Below, in pieces: positions 13,487 to 26,520 of a DNA stretch of 64,000 nt. A program made the position numbers and the translations under genes. The notes under the pieces are model-generated. The model did no database searches. It worked only from the letters and a program-made list of their open reading frames with translations, and was not told where the DNA came from. Source of the DNA: Azolla caroliniana. Taxonomy: Eukaryota > Plantae > Polypodiophyta. The stretch is taken from contig JBHGNT010000003.1 of NCBI GenBank assembly GCA_043228905.1, positions 17,670,001 through 17,734,000 on the forward strand, written 5' to 3'. Within the stretch, counting starts at the first letter, position 1. The number at the start of each line of letters is the position of its first letter.

Positions 13487-15837
13487 GTACGCTGTCATCC
13501 ATACTACTCCTTTCTCCTTCTTCAATCTTCCTTTAATATGAAATGAAAGTCACGATCTTTGGTTTACATATATGATTAACTTAATATGAATGTATGTGTG
13601 TGTGTATACACATATAATGCACATAATTAAGGGCTTACACAATCGTGTGTAGATAATGGTTCATAGATCACAACTTACTTATTATTGATCAATCAAATGA
13701 ACATACTCCTAAGTTGTGACCTTTCGGATAGAAATGCCATGTTTGATACATCAAATCTCTAATAAGATGGAACTCAAATCAAGAAGAAGTGCTTGGAATT
13801 TTTTTTCTCCTATGAAATTTTCGTAGATCAATGAGACATATAGAGGAGAAGTAGAGCTTAATATCATCAAGAGCTTCATTTATCTAGCATATTGTAAGCT
13901 ATGATCCTCCCGATATATTTGTTTCAAAACATTCCTAGCATTAGATTAAGTGATGAAAATATAGACTGTATTAGATGCTAGGATTAGTGTTATTATCATG
14001 GAAAATGTAGACTGTGGATATGTTTATGAGGTTAGCTAAGCTCCTCTTGAATGTTTGTCTGGCTAAGCATGATACTAGCTTTGAGATATACATTTTGAAT
14101 GTACCATTAGGCTACACAATTAAAATGTGAACTTCAGATGCATGTATTAGAGTAGTTTTCTATCTCTTGTTTTGGCATCATATGATACTAACAAACTTAC
14201 TACCTCTTTATCTGGCATCATGTGATACGGGCAAACTTACTACCTCTTAATGTGGCCAAAGAAGATATCCTAGCAAACTTACTACCTCTTAATGTGGCGA
14301 AAGAAGATATCCTAGCGGGGATAAGAAAACATATTGACTATCTTTTATGATGAACATGTTCTGGAATGATGCCTGACAATGTTTGTGAAACATGTAAGCA
14401 TTTCTAGTACTAACCAACACCATAAGTGAAACATGATACAAAAAAGTTCAAAAGATTTGCCCCAATTGTACTTTTAAGTATTTTACGAGCCAATCACTTA
14501 TACTTGGTTGAAATGATTAGTCCCGGTTGTATTTTTAAGTGTTTTGCAACCCAATCAGTTATGCTTAGTGAGTCCCTGAGCTTTATGAATTATCATCACA
14601 GATGTATGTATCTTTTGGTAATGATTGCTTATCTTGCAAAAAACTTATGCAATCAGGTTTGATGGAAACTCTCTTTCTGTGGCCAAATTGGCTACTTCAA
14701 ATGGATTCAAGTTTGCCTATGCCATTAAGGATGGTGCTGAAGGTCCGAACGGATGGCGAGTAAGCACCGTCTTTTACCAGTGATTCTCACTTTCTGGTTC
14801 AAGATTTTTTCTCCCTCTCTAACAATATAATTTCTCCTGTTTGTTATCTGTAAAGAAAAATGAGCTTCCTTGGCTTCTTCCGCGCAAAGGTTTCACATTG
14901 GATATCGGTGCTTTGAAAGATGTGATTGATGGAACGTTTGGGGTAAGTTTTGTGTTTTGTAGCACCTGCTATGCATAGTGTAGGAGTAGTATACAAACTA
15001 TATCGATCGATTTCTTTATTTGGTTAAGACACTACTAGATCCAATGTTATGGAACTCTTATAACTCCATTGGTGATGTCCTTGTAGACTTAAGAACTTAA
15101 GACTAGAGTATTAAGACATGCTTCCTATGATTTTCCCCTATGGATAGTAAACTATCTAATAATCTATAAAGATCTCAAATGGACGAGTTTCTTTTCGTAG
15201 GAGAGTGGGAATTTGGTTCCGGCATCTCTAGGTGTGGCAGCGGCCGCTGGCGTCAGTTTTGTTCTGTTCTCTGAGGTAATGTTATATTTGCATTTGTAGG
15301 TTTTGTCATGATTTAAGCATTTCTAATGACTTCCTCTTTTGTATTAGGCTGAGACGGCATTGCAACTTCTGGGTTCAGCAGCACTTGTTCAGGTTTTCAT
15401 AAACAAGTTCCTGTTTGCAAAGGTAAAATAAAAAGAAAACAAATATCTTATAAAAGTGACAAATAAATGATCATTTATATGATGGGATAACAGAGAGCTG
15501 GTCTCAAAAGTACCCTTCATATTGTATAAGGGTACATTTCATATGTTATCCAATATGCAGGGTATTTTTGAGATTTTTCCGTAAAGAAATCAGCAAGCTG
15601 TTATTTTTTTTTCATATCAGAGTGCTTTTCATATATCACCCAGTTTCAGGGGTATTTTTGAAAAGTTTCCTATGTAAAGTTTTTGCCATATAACCTCTCG
15701 ACTCTCGGCATATAATGTTAGGATCGGCAAAAGACCCTGCAAGAGCTCCAACTTTTCCTCGACACCAAAGTTGCACCGAAAGAACTTGTCGATGAGTTCA
15801 AGGTAACATTTTTCCTAAACCAGATGTAACTTATGTA

Positions 15838-15918
<81 letters not shown>

Positions 15919-16718
15919 TAGATAGATAGACAAAAACTTTAGTGAAGGTAAGATCAATTTTTTTTCTACCCAAAACCTTTGGTGAATATATAACCTTAAA
16001 ATCAAAGTGATCTCCACAAATCCTTATTTCAAGTGATTTTTAAGTTGGCTAATAGGAATTTCAATAGAATTCTTTTGCCTATTGGTTATATGGCAGGGTG
16101 TTAGTGGATCACTCCTTGAAAAGTTTGAGGAAATAGCTCCAAGCCAGAAAAATGGGGCAGTCTTAAACATTAAAAGCCCACCAGAGGTGGAGGTGGAGAC
16201 AGAATCGGTGGCCACGGTTGTAGTGGATGAGAAAAACAATAGTGTGGAGGTTGACATTGTTGTGAAGGAGGAAGTGGATGTTGTTGTGAAGGAGAAAAAT
16301 GATAATGTGGAGATTAATGTTGTTGTGGAAGAGAAAAAAGAGACTGTGGCCATTGGTACCGTCCTCCCGAGCTCCTCAACCTCTTTGTCTCCTTATGCTC
16401 AGGTCTAAATCTCATTATCTTTTATCTTTTTGAATTTTAAGGTTGATATCCTTTTTGTGACAACCCATGATAGGGTTTAGGAATTTGAACTCTCGGGCGT
16501 ATGGTTTATAGGGCATTTTGCTTAAAAACTTCTAGGGTTATTTGTGTTATGCTATAATAACTATTAACTGAAACTTTTTTTAACAGTAGACTGAAGAAAA
16601 GAAAAGCATATATGCATTGCAGGTATTATAAGCTAACACAAAGTTTGGAAATGTTTTACCCCCCTTGCAGTTCCCAGATTTGAAGCCACCACCTCCTCCT
16701 ATGCCGACAAAAGCTTGA
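12729..16718 (+). CDS. TROL: thylakoid rhodanese-like protein TROL / rhodanese-like domain-containing protein 4, chloroplastic (8 exons, ~510 aa)
   Basis: Exons 12729-13486, 14657-14759, 14856-14942, 15201-15275, 15348-15422, 15722-15802, 16097-16402 and 16671-16718; all GT-AG, 1533 nt in frame. Ser/Pro-rich transit peptide, TM helix, rhodanese domain ([36 protein letters not shown]), [12 protein letters not shown] and C-terminal [19 protein letters not shown] match recalled Arabidopsis STR4/TROL. Confidence 0.95.
14657..14759 (+). CDS. TROL: TROL exon 2
   Basis: cag|G TTT GAT GGA AAC...TGG CGA|gtaag; [34 protein letters not shown]. Confidence 0.93.
14856..14942 (+). CDS. TROL: TROL exon 3
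   Basis: [29 protein letters not shown]; aag|...|gtaag. Confidence 0.88.
15201..15275 (+). CDS. TROL: TROL exon 4 (TM2)
   Basis: [25 protein letters not shown]; tag|...|gtaat. Confidence 0.92.
15348..15422 (+). CDS. TROL: TROL exon 5
   Basis: [25 protein letters not shown]. Confidence 0.92.
15722..15802 (+). CDS. TROL: TROL exon 6
   Basis: [27 protein letters not shown]. Confidence 0.93.
15839..15916. repeat. (CATATA)n microsatellite in TROL intron 6
   Basis: Seen directly. Confidence 0.95.
16097..16402 (+). CDS. TROL: TROL exon 7 (acidic Val/Glu/Lys linker)
   Basis: cag|GGT GTT AGT...SLSPYAQ|gt; within ORF 16082-16408. Confidence 0.88.
16671..16718 (+). CDS. TROL: TROL exon 8 (end of the FNR-binding motif)
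   Basis: cag|[15 protein letters not shown]. Confidence 0.92.
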   Translation, partial: FPDLKPPPPPMPTKA

Positions 16719-18490
16719 AGCTTTTCCGGGAGATTTGTTTTCCTCTCATCGGTGCCATATCCTCTTGGGAGGAAGCAACTAGATACTGTTTGCTTCTCTA
16801 TTCAATGCGGATATTGGAAAAATCCGTTGAGTTTAAAAACCACGAGGCCATGTTTGTTGGTGTAGATTGATGCATTCTGATAAATGAAACCATCTCTCTT
16901 CGGCAACACACCTCATGCAATGTATTTATATTCCCACCCCCTTGTGAAGATATTCTTTGCTCTCAAAACTTCTCCATTTTCATTGTTATTCCCTCTTTTT
17001 TGGTTCTGTTTTCTCTTCTTAACATTTGGCGGATTCATTCCTCAAATTTGCTATCTTAGTGCACAATAAAAGCCATATTTTAAACTAGTTAAATATATAT
17101 CTTTCAGAAATCGGATACCCATTTTTGCAATCAGGGTTCCACGATCTTATCCATAGCTAATTTTCACTAACCCAACAGTAAGGTAATAATCTTATGCAAC
17201 GTTAAGCTTAAATGTTGTGATTAGGGTTCATGACATACCATACTCACTTATACCACAAATCATTTGATTATGAAATAAATAACTCGATGTAGTTAAGCAT
17301 CTATTTTTACGTGAGGAATCTCACTGTGATGTATCTTGTGATTCTGCATACCGCCCATTACATACATGTATATCTTCTATAGAATTAACCTTAAATGTTT
17401 TGATTAGGGTTCATTGCAAACTAAAGAACATACCACCTTATAACACATTTCATTTGATTATATAGAAAATATATCTACTTAAATAAGAAACCTGAGAAAT
17501 ATCTCTATATGTAAACAGCCACTACAGACATGAACATTTTCCGCAGTTTTTGAGGAAAGTTTTCCATCCTATACAAAACCTTGTACATATTAATACGTGT
17601 AACAAAATTGGAGTACAAAAATGTCCCATTGAAATCAACACAAATATTGGAGCATTGTATGTGCTAGAGAGACACCAGAGTAGCCTTCTTTTTATGGTTT
17701 CTAGTAACACTTTTATTACTAGTGGGAAACCTCAAAATGAGGTTAAAAACCCACAAAGAATAAAGAGAAGTATACAAGTGTCGATTAGACCAAAGTGGCC
17801 TTCACATACATAGTCATGACATTCTTCTTTGGACATAATTGCCGCTCAGGCTGAAAAGGCATTGGAGTTGCCAAGAGTGGAGTTGAAGTTACAAAGTTGA
17901 TAAAACCTTGGTAGGTATGCAACCACTAAAAAGGGGCCATATCATGTCGATTTAATAAAGCAAGGAATCTTGCTTCACATTCCCTTAATCTCTATTGAAT
18001 ATCAGCCCTGTTCTTTTTCTCCCTCTCAAAAGTACTTATATTATTAGAAATACCAATGAGAAACCTAATGTCTCATAAAAAACTCCAAACCAAAAAACCC
18101 TAACTTCATATACAAAGCGAACCACAAACAAGAACCCCTAACTCTTGATAGAGAAAAAGCCACAAATCCGCAACCCAAATTCTTTATTCCTTCCAAAATT
18201 CCATATCCCCTCACCCCACAAAAACCTTCCCCTCTTTTTGATCCCCTTCAACCTTCCCCTAGTCCCTTTTCTTTTCCATTCTATATTTTTTTCTACTTGA
18301 GGTCACCAAAATTTTGATCAAGTTGAAAAAGAATCTTTATGGAATCTTTTAGATTCTTAGGATTTAGGTAGAATAAATCGTACCTGACAAATTTCTTTCC
18401 CTTGTTTATGTTGACTTGCTTGTGATGAAGCACACAAGAAGGCAAAAAGGGCGATTGCTGACACGATAGCTCTCTTGAGCTCTTAGACTT

Positions 18491-21434
18491 TTTTATTTTT
18501 ATTTTTAAGGGATTTTCTTCATAGTATTAAGAAAAAACGCCCAAAGGCGCTACAACTTGAACCTAGTTGGCAAGGAGGTTACAACTTTTCTTATACAATG
18601 ATGTAAAATAATCCTAGGACCAAATTTCGAACTTTGTAGAAGATGTTTACATTTATTGATATTCAAGAAAGAGTTCATGGAAGTCGATATTGCCATTGAG
18701 GCTCTTGAGTTGACATTGTAAACAGGGGCAACTTTTTCCATAAGTGAAGAAGCTTTTTCCTTTTCTTGTTCACAATATCTGGGGAACCCTGCATATTATC
18801 ATACTGGCCACAGACTATTGCCAACAAGTTCACCTATATCTCTAACAAAACATTTGAGAGATGAATGTCTACCGCATCATAAAGTCGGTTACATCGATAT
18901 TTCCATAATGCCCATAATGCCCATAATGCCCATAATGTTATTGTGGTCTCTGTTTTCCAAATCTGGACAGATCGCACTTGCTTTGAGGTTGTTGGAAGGG
19001 ACTAACTTATATCAATCGTATATTATGTATTGTCATTGCCTCATGAACATCGTTTGCCTCATACAACATCAAGTTGGAATGTAATACTCCCCACATCGCT
19101 GATCCCCATGAGAATAGGCAACCGACATTGATTGTTAGGAATAAAGAAATGACTTTCTTCCATACTTGTTGAGCAAAGAGACAAGACCATAGGACATGCT
19201 TGGTAGTCTCTTGAGGTTCATGGCAAAAGCCACATTGCCGCAAATTGGGTGCTACAGTCCCTTGAATGACCAACTGTTAGTGCCATATGCACCAATAACC
19301 ATGGAAAGAGAATAAATTTAGTTGGACCCTTGAATGACCAGATCCATTTCTAGTAGGTTCTCAAATGCAAAGTTGAGATACCCCAATTGGTCTAATGTTT
19401 CTGAGGTGCTGGTATCGTTACATTCCGAGAGAGCAGTAATGATCTTCCAAGTCTTATTGAGTACTGAAAGAAGGGGACCTTTACAATCATTTCCCTTTAC
19501 AATTAACGTATTAGGACAATCATTTTCGAAGTTTATGCCATCATCTTCATACCCATTAGATGAACTAGTAAGAGTTTATGAGGTCTCATCCTCATCATCA
19601 ATGACAACTAATGCACTTTCTTCATTCAATTGCAATCCAACCTCATCGAGGTTAGGAGTCACGCTTCTTGTTTTTCTTTGTGTTGTGTTTGAAGTCACAT
19701 TCGAGATCCTCTTTTAGTACCTTCATTGTGGTTTGTTGCGGACAACTTGTTTTGGTCAAAGATAAGTCATACACTAGTATATAAACATTATCCAATGTAA
19801 GAGTAGATGTGCTTGATGCATTCTTTCTTCTTAACTTTTTGGTTATGATATTTAATTATGTACTTTCTATTTACAATATTTGATTATTTGATGCACTGCA
19901 TCGGATTTCAGTTGAAAGTCCACCTTTTCTTATTTGTTTCCTAATTTCCTAATTTTTTTATTTTTTCCATAAATAAATAAATAAAAATTGAAAAAATGGA
20001 TTTTCAATGGAAATCCCATGTAGTGCATTGGAGTTTAGTTGAAAATCCACTTTTTCTTATTTGTTTCCAAATTTTCTTATTTTTGAAATTGTTTTGTATT
20101 TTTTGAATTTTTTTTATTTTTCCCATAGAAAAATAAATAAACATTGAAAAAATGGATTTTCGATGGAAATCCAATGCACTACATCGAATTTTGGTTGAAA
20201 GTCTATTTTTTCTTATTTTTTGATCTTTTTGTATTATGTTTGATTTTTTTAATTTTTCTCATAAATAAATAAATAAACATTGAAAAAATGGATTTTCGAT
20301 GGAAATCCAATGCACTACATCGAATTTTGGTTGAAAGTCTATTTTTTCTTATTTTTTGATCTTTTTGTATTATGTTTGATTTTTTTAATTTTTCTCATAA
20401 ATAAATAAATAAAAATTGAAAAAGTGGATTTTCAACGAAAATCCAATGGACTGTTGCAAGTCCACTTTTTCTTATTTGTTTCCAAATTTTCTTATTTTTT
20501 GAATTTTTTTTTGTATTTTGTTTGAATTGTTTTATTTTTCCCATAAATAAATAAATAAATAAATAATTGAAAAAATGGATATTCAATGGAAATCCAATGC
20601 AGTGCATTGGATTTCAATTGAAAATCCACTTTTTCTTATTTGTTTTCAAATTTTCTTATCTTTTTTATTTTTTCCATAAAAGAAATGTTAAAAATAAAAA
20701 TATCATGGATTGTGGCCATTTAAAATGATGTATTTTGAACGGAAATTCAATGTAGTGCATCAGATTTCCGTTGAAAGTCCAAGATTATTCTTTTATTCTT
20801 TTCATTTATCATGGATTTTCAACTGAAATCCGATGCAATGCATCAGATTTCCGTTGAAAATGCAATATATTTTTTATTATTTCATTGTTTTATGAAAAAA
20901 CTAAAAGAAATTTGGATTTTCAATTGAAATCCAATGCAGTGCATCATATTTTAGCTAAAAATCCATTTATTTTTTTTTTAATGATCAAGCCATTGGAAAG
21001 AAAGATCTGGATACCACACAGGGTGAGTTTCTACACCCACCCAAAGGCCAACTGACTTATTCCAGTTAAGTGATGCAAGTGTAGCATATGACAAAACCTG
21101 CAAAACATTTTTTACCTGGCCGAGATTACCAATCTCCCCGTCAACATAGAGGGTTGTATCATCTGCAAACTCAACATCCACTATAGTGGACTTTGTAATA
21201 GGTAATACTATGCCTTTAATACCAACAGTTGACGATCTTAGGTAGGAGGACAAAGCTTCCCCAAACAAGATAAAAAGAAATGGGGCAAGAGGGAATACTT
21301 GCCTAACAGACTTGGAGATAGGAAATAATGTCCCGTATTCTCCAGCGAACAAAACTGAACTAGAAGCATGCTTGTAAAGGGCTGAAACACTTTTTATCCA
21401 TGCGGTAGGAAAACCTAATCTTGACTGTACTGCC
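18491..21434 (-). mobile_element. 5'-truncated L1-clade LINE with 17-bp TSD, middle part replaced by foreign DNA
   Basis: TSD CTTGAGCTCTTAGACTT at 18474-18490 and 21435-21451. T-rich tail from 18491. RT fragment 20978-21420 (RQVFPLAPFLF, EFADDTTLY). zf-RVT-like CGFCHEPQETTKHVLWSC in ORF 19007-19273. Confidence 0.88.
19890..20970. repeat. AT-rich array of imperfect palindromic units (TTTTCAAC.GAAATCC.ATGCA..TGCAT.GGATTTC.GTTGAAAA)
   Basis: About 9 related units separated by A/T-rich spacers; the clearest is a near-perfect 22-bp-arm palindrome at 20816-20860. Confidence 0.8.
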
Positions 21435-21819
21435 CTTGAGCTCTTAGACTTCTAAAACACGATGGAGACAATGAGGGGAGAACCTTTCTTTATATAGTCA
21501 AATTTTAAAAATAAATAAATAAAATTTAAAATTATATATTTAAATTTTAAAAATAAATAAATAAATTAAAAAATCCAATAATTAAATACGATGAAAGGTT
21601 ATTTTCAAAAGTTTGGTTTATTTCTAGAAATTTGGTTTATTTTCAAATTTTTGCCTCACTTTCCCAATATTTTCAAATGTTTCTAAAATTACCTAATTGT
21701 AATTCGAACTAATTCCAATTTTGACGTCACTTGTTATTAGTTACTTAAATATTTACTAGTTATATAATAGTGAATGTGATATACATAGTTATTAATAATA
21801 ATTAGAAAGAAGGTGTTGC

Positions 21820-22043
21820 AACAACTCAGGCTATTCATGATGTCTTCTGCTTCGAGTTGAACGTCTTTATTTTTTGTGGACCCTTACACTTTATCGAACA
21901 ACTCAGGCTATTCACGATGTCTTCTACATCAAGTAGAACATCTTTATTTTCTGTGGACCCTTATGCTTTATCAAACAACTCAAGCTATTCACGATGTCTT
22001 TGGCTTTGAGTAGAACATCTTTATTTTTTGTGGACCCTTACTG
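21820..22043. repeat. 77-bp tandem repeat (3 units, resuming at 22771 after the LTR insertion)
   Basis: ACAACTCA(G/A)GCTATTCA at 21821, 21898 and 21975. Confidence 0.9.
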
Positions 22044-22770
22044 TGTCGTGCCTTTCAGCTCCGGATCGTTGCGTGAGTCGGGTGGGAACCGCCGAGGTTT
22101 TGGACTAGGAGGAAGAAAAATACAAATAAGGCTAGTAAAGAATAGGTATAAAGAGAAGTAAGATAGCAATCTCGTGAATCCCACGAGTTTAGTGTATTTA
22201 AAACAATATTTAGATTATAAGAGTAATTTAGATGGCAAAATTCGTGAATCCCACGAATATTTTAGATTGATTGATCATTATAGAAAAATAATCAACAAAA
22301 ACTACAATGTGCTCCCCATCCTTATATAGTGATGGGAGAGACTAAGCATAGCTACATGCTTTTTTTCTAATATGTTCATGCACACTAAATGTGCATGTGA
22401 TGCTTTTCTAATCCTTGCTTTTATTTGCTAAATATAGTGCTCATGCACGCTAGATGTGCATGAGTCACTTTTTAGTTGCTTGTGTTTTTCTATAAAATAT
22501 TCACGCACTCTAAAAATGCATCATTTACCTTTTAATAAAGGTAGGCGCAAATAAAGCACTTATAGTTATTAAATCTATTTATAAAACACTAAAGATAAGG
22601 TAGCATAATGGTAAAGTTGAGGTTTGGCTACGTGGAGGTATAGGGTTTGAATCTTGCCTTATGCACGTGATAAATATTTTGATATATTATTTATTTATTT
22701 ATTTATATGTATCTAAAATCGGATATATTAGTTTATGGTTTTCACGTAGTGTGTGGAATACACTATGACA
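22044..22770 (-). mobile_element. solo LTR of the TGTCRTG family
   Basis: Termini TGTCGTG...TATGACA. The reverse complement resembles both ends of the LTR at 63030-63707 (TTCCACACAC start; GGCGGTTCC near the end). It interrupts the 77-bp repeat. Confidence 0.75.
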
Positions 22771-22929
22771 ACGCTTTATTGAACAACTCATATTTCCAAA
22801 TCAATGAGTATCATCACCCAAGTGTTTCAAAGGGCCTAGGTCAAACTGTGAACTGTGATGTTGGTAATTGCTCAAACTCACTTTTCTCAATCAAACCTTT
22901 GAATTAGCCGGCAGAAAGTGGTATCCAAA

Positions 22930-25785
22930 TGAGTGGAAGGTCTGCAAAAATTGACAAGGATGATATCTCTAGTGACGAATCTTGCCTAAATCAGTATCTC
23001 ACATTCACAAGAGTTCCTTGACAAGTTAGTATAAAGTGATTTAAGTTTTTATGTTTAGATGGTCAAATTGTTTTTGGTTCGTGCAAGTCATGTTATGGGA
23101 ATCTCTGTCTTAATAAATTTGGAAAGGTAAACTCAAGGGTAATGCGGCAAAAGTATCTATCACTAAATGGTGAGGAGCAAGCTACTTTTCTTAATTCACA
23201 TGTGTAGCTTTTAAGGAATCACACCGCATGGGCTAGTTCGATGCACGTTGAATATTTCCTTGGACTAAGTACTAACTGTTGTAGAGTTGCTTTCAAATTT
23301 GCTCATAGCATTGGTAACCTGAGGCTTCAGAAAATACAACTACAACTTGTAAAGGGATCGAACAACCAGAAAATACCTTTTGACAAGAACGCATTTGGTT
23401 GTAAGGGTCTTATAGGGCGCCATGCTATTTACTGGATGGAGTTCTATTTCTCAAAGTAGTGGGATATTATTCTTACTATTGGAAGATTGCATTTGTCTGA
23501 TGTCAGCCGGCCGGCAAGGGAAGTCCAGAATGGGAAACGAGGGGATAATTAATAACCGGGAGCTGATTATATATTTATATAGAATTATTATGATTTGAGA
23601 AGCGAACGGACGGACACGGAATCGGTATGCTGATCCGGATCCGGACCGGTTTGTAGCCGGTTGCTGGTTGGCACCGGTTTGTACCTAAAACCAGAGACCT
23701 ATAAAAAGGGCCGGTTAGATTGTAATCATTTGCGGATAATTAATAGAGTGTTGTTGTTCTGTATCTTAATCATTGTTAATTACCGTTTTGTGCTAAGTGT
23801 AATTTATCCTACGCGTGTATTGTGATTAATGATATTGCCGCTAGTAACTCATTAAGGTTCCATTAATAGTCGGTCTAACTCTATCTCACCGCAATACCCC
23901 TTTGGTGAAGTGTCTCAAAGGGACACCCCGTGTTAGGCCATTGTCTGGCCCTAGAGATAACATCGGATAATTCCCGTGCAACTAACCTGGATATCCCACC
24001 TATTTCGGACAATGCAATAGAGCTCTTGTTGTCGGAATAGGATCGAACACAGATTGTGCAAGAGATTCAACCTTTGGAGAAGAGGACTATCATTGTGCAT
24101 GTCTTGGGCCTTCGTCCTACATGCGCTGATCTTCATTTACTACTTCAAGCCACTTTGAAACAAGATATTAACAACATTACAGATGTACAGATACTCGGCA
24201 GAAACTACTATCAACTGGAGTTCGAGTTGGAACGCATGGTACCAATTTTGTTGGAAAAGAAGGTAGTAGCAATCAAGGGAGGTTGGATCTCCTTTCACAA
24301 GTGTATTCACAATTTCTCTACAAATCAGGTGCAACATGATTTTGATTCATTTCAAACATGTGTGGTTGTTTTTCATGATTTCCATAAAGAATGGTTGCAT
24401 TCTATGCATTTGATTGCTACAACTATTAGTATGGTTTTAGAAATGTATGATAAGCCATTGCTGGATCAAAGATAAGTATCTAGGAACTGCATAGATGCTA
24501 AACTTTTGCTTTCTAAGTCCACAAATTTTCCCTCAAACATCTTGTTGCCCAATTTACTTGACCCACTCTAGGCACCCTATTCTCAGAAAATATTGTATAG
24601 TGGCTTGCCGAATTAGTGCTTACTTTGTTTTGGGTTTGGTCATTTGGCAAAATATTGCTTGAAATTTAATGATGACATTGACAAGCATATACCTAACATA
24701 GCTATAGTTCCATATCAAAATAGGTTTGATGGTTGGAACACAATGGAGCATAAGAAGACCTCTCCACATGTATCTCCGACCCTTGAAAATGGTTGAGAAT
24801 CAGCAAATTTGGTTGCGTCTCCTAATTCAGATTCTTTTGATAAGCTCAAAAGAAAAGTTGCCCCTAATCTACAAGATAATATGGACATGGGAATGCCTCA
24901 AGGTGTTATGGAAATGGCTAAAGGGAAACAATTCAATGTCTTTGATAATTTGGTTTATTCTGATAAGCCCAAAGGACAACCCATGGATATTGAAATGACT
25001 CAAGACATAGATAAGCACCTTCAAGCTGGATTTCAATTTACAGTTACAAATGATCCTTTGACAACACAAAATTATGAAAAGGTGGTAAAGGAACATAGTT
25101 TGCATAAGTATGCAGGGAATGCTTTTCTTTTGAAAAGACAAATGAGAGCTTAGGAAGGTGCCAAGGAAGGACGTCATGATACTCTTCTTGAGAAAAGAAC
25201 ATTGCTAAACCCTATGTAATATGGATGACCTATATTTTCTTTCCTAGAATGTGCAAGGCTTGGGTGGTCAAGCTTTTCGTAGATTTAAAGGACTCTTACG
25301 TTTAGATTTAGGTACTTCTAATGTTGGTACCATTGATATTCTCTTTCTGCAAGAGCATCACCTGTGTAGGGATAAGATTCGGAAGTATGGCCCTATTTTA
25401 CCAAGACGGTGGACTCATTTTTGGGTTCTTGCCTTTGTTCCAAATGGTCGCCAAGCCGGATTATGTATTGCTCGTTGATACCACTTGTAGTCTATTATCT
25501 TGTTAGCAAGTACTATTATGAATAAACGGGCTTAGTTTCTTATTGTGAAAATAGGGTCTTAGAAGGTTGGCCTAATGAATATCTACGCCCCTAACTCCAC
25601 GTTAAAGAGGACATGTTTGTGGCTATCTCTTTCGGAATATGTGGGTTGAGCAGATTGTTGGTTCGTGGGAGACAATTTTAATATGATCGAGGATGCTTCT
25701 GATAGAGTAGGAAGTATAACTACTACAATTTTAGGTTGGGAAGCTAAGTGTTGGGACTCCTTTTGCTTTGCCTTTGGTCTGCTTG
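22930..25785 (+). mobile_element. degenerate L1-clade LINE (ORF1 and start of ORF2 endonuclease), continued at 34551-34680
   Basis: ORF1-like 24056-24475, zinc knuckle CLLCFGFGHLAKYC at 24617-24658, and APE motifs NVQGLG, DILFLQEHH, NIYAPN, GDNFN. The reading continues after the copia insertion to LDRFY. The 5' boundary is approximate. Confidence 0.8.
23501..23962 (+). mobile_element. solo LTR (related to the LTR at 38016-39251)
   Basis: TG..CA termini, TSD TCTGA/TCGGA, TATA box CCTATAAAAAGG. Shares GCGAACGGACGGAC, GGTTGGCACCGGTTTGTA and TTTGGTGAAGTGT with the 38-kb LTR. Confidence 0.8.
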
Positions 25786-26173
25786 TGTTGAGATACAAGC
25801 TCAACATTAGCCAGACTAGTGCGTAAACTGGGTGCGCAAGGAGAAGCCGTAGCGGTGTCGTGTGAATCTTCACACACTATGTAAAAAAATAATGAAATAA
25901 TTATTATAGATTAGATTAGTAGCTTACTATAGAAAGATGGATATACTCAATAGCTTCAAAATGTATTTTACTATATACAAAATGGAGAAATACATACCAA
26001 GTTATAAGAAAATAAAGTTTGATTAGATAGGGAAATTAGAACTATCCCACATAGATAGGAAAGTTAAGGCCCTGGCTACATAAACACCTTGACCTCCCTC
26101 ATTTTTCATTTGTGCTAAGAGCACTTTGGCCACTTTGTCTTGATGGATGATGGTAGCCAAATTCCCTAAATCT

Positions 26174-26520
26174 GGAAACCGGCCGGTAAGCAAATTCGGA
26201 AACCGGCTGGTAAGCAAATTCGGAAACCGGCCGGCAAGTAAAACCGGAACTGGAACAGGTATGCAAACTGGCCGGTAAGCAAAACCGGAACCGGCCGGCA
26301 AGCAAACCGGAACTGGAACGGGTATGCAAACCGGAAACCGGCCGGTAAGCAAAACCGGAAATCGGCCGGCAAGCAAAACCGGAACCGAAACCGACAAGCA
26401 AAACCGGAACCGGTTGGTAAGCAAAACCGGAACCAGAACCGGCAAGCAAACCGGAACTGGCTGGCAAGCAAAATCGGAACCGGAACCGGCCGGCAAGCAA
26501 AATGGAACCGGCTACCGGAC
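26174..26520. repeat. GC-rich CCGG-containing tandem repeats in the gypsy LTR (second copy 29085-29290)
   Basis: Repeated AAACCGGCCGG(T/C)AAGCAAAACCGGAA units. Confidence 0.9.

Noticed and set aside
19890-20970. CRISPR-like palindromic array
   Set aside because: The spacers are low-complexity A/T runs related to each other, in a eukaryotic TE context.
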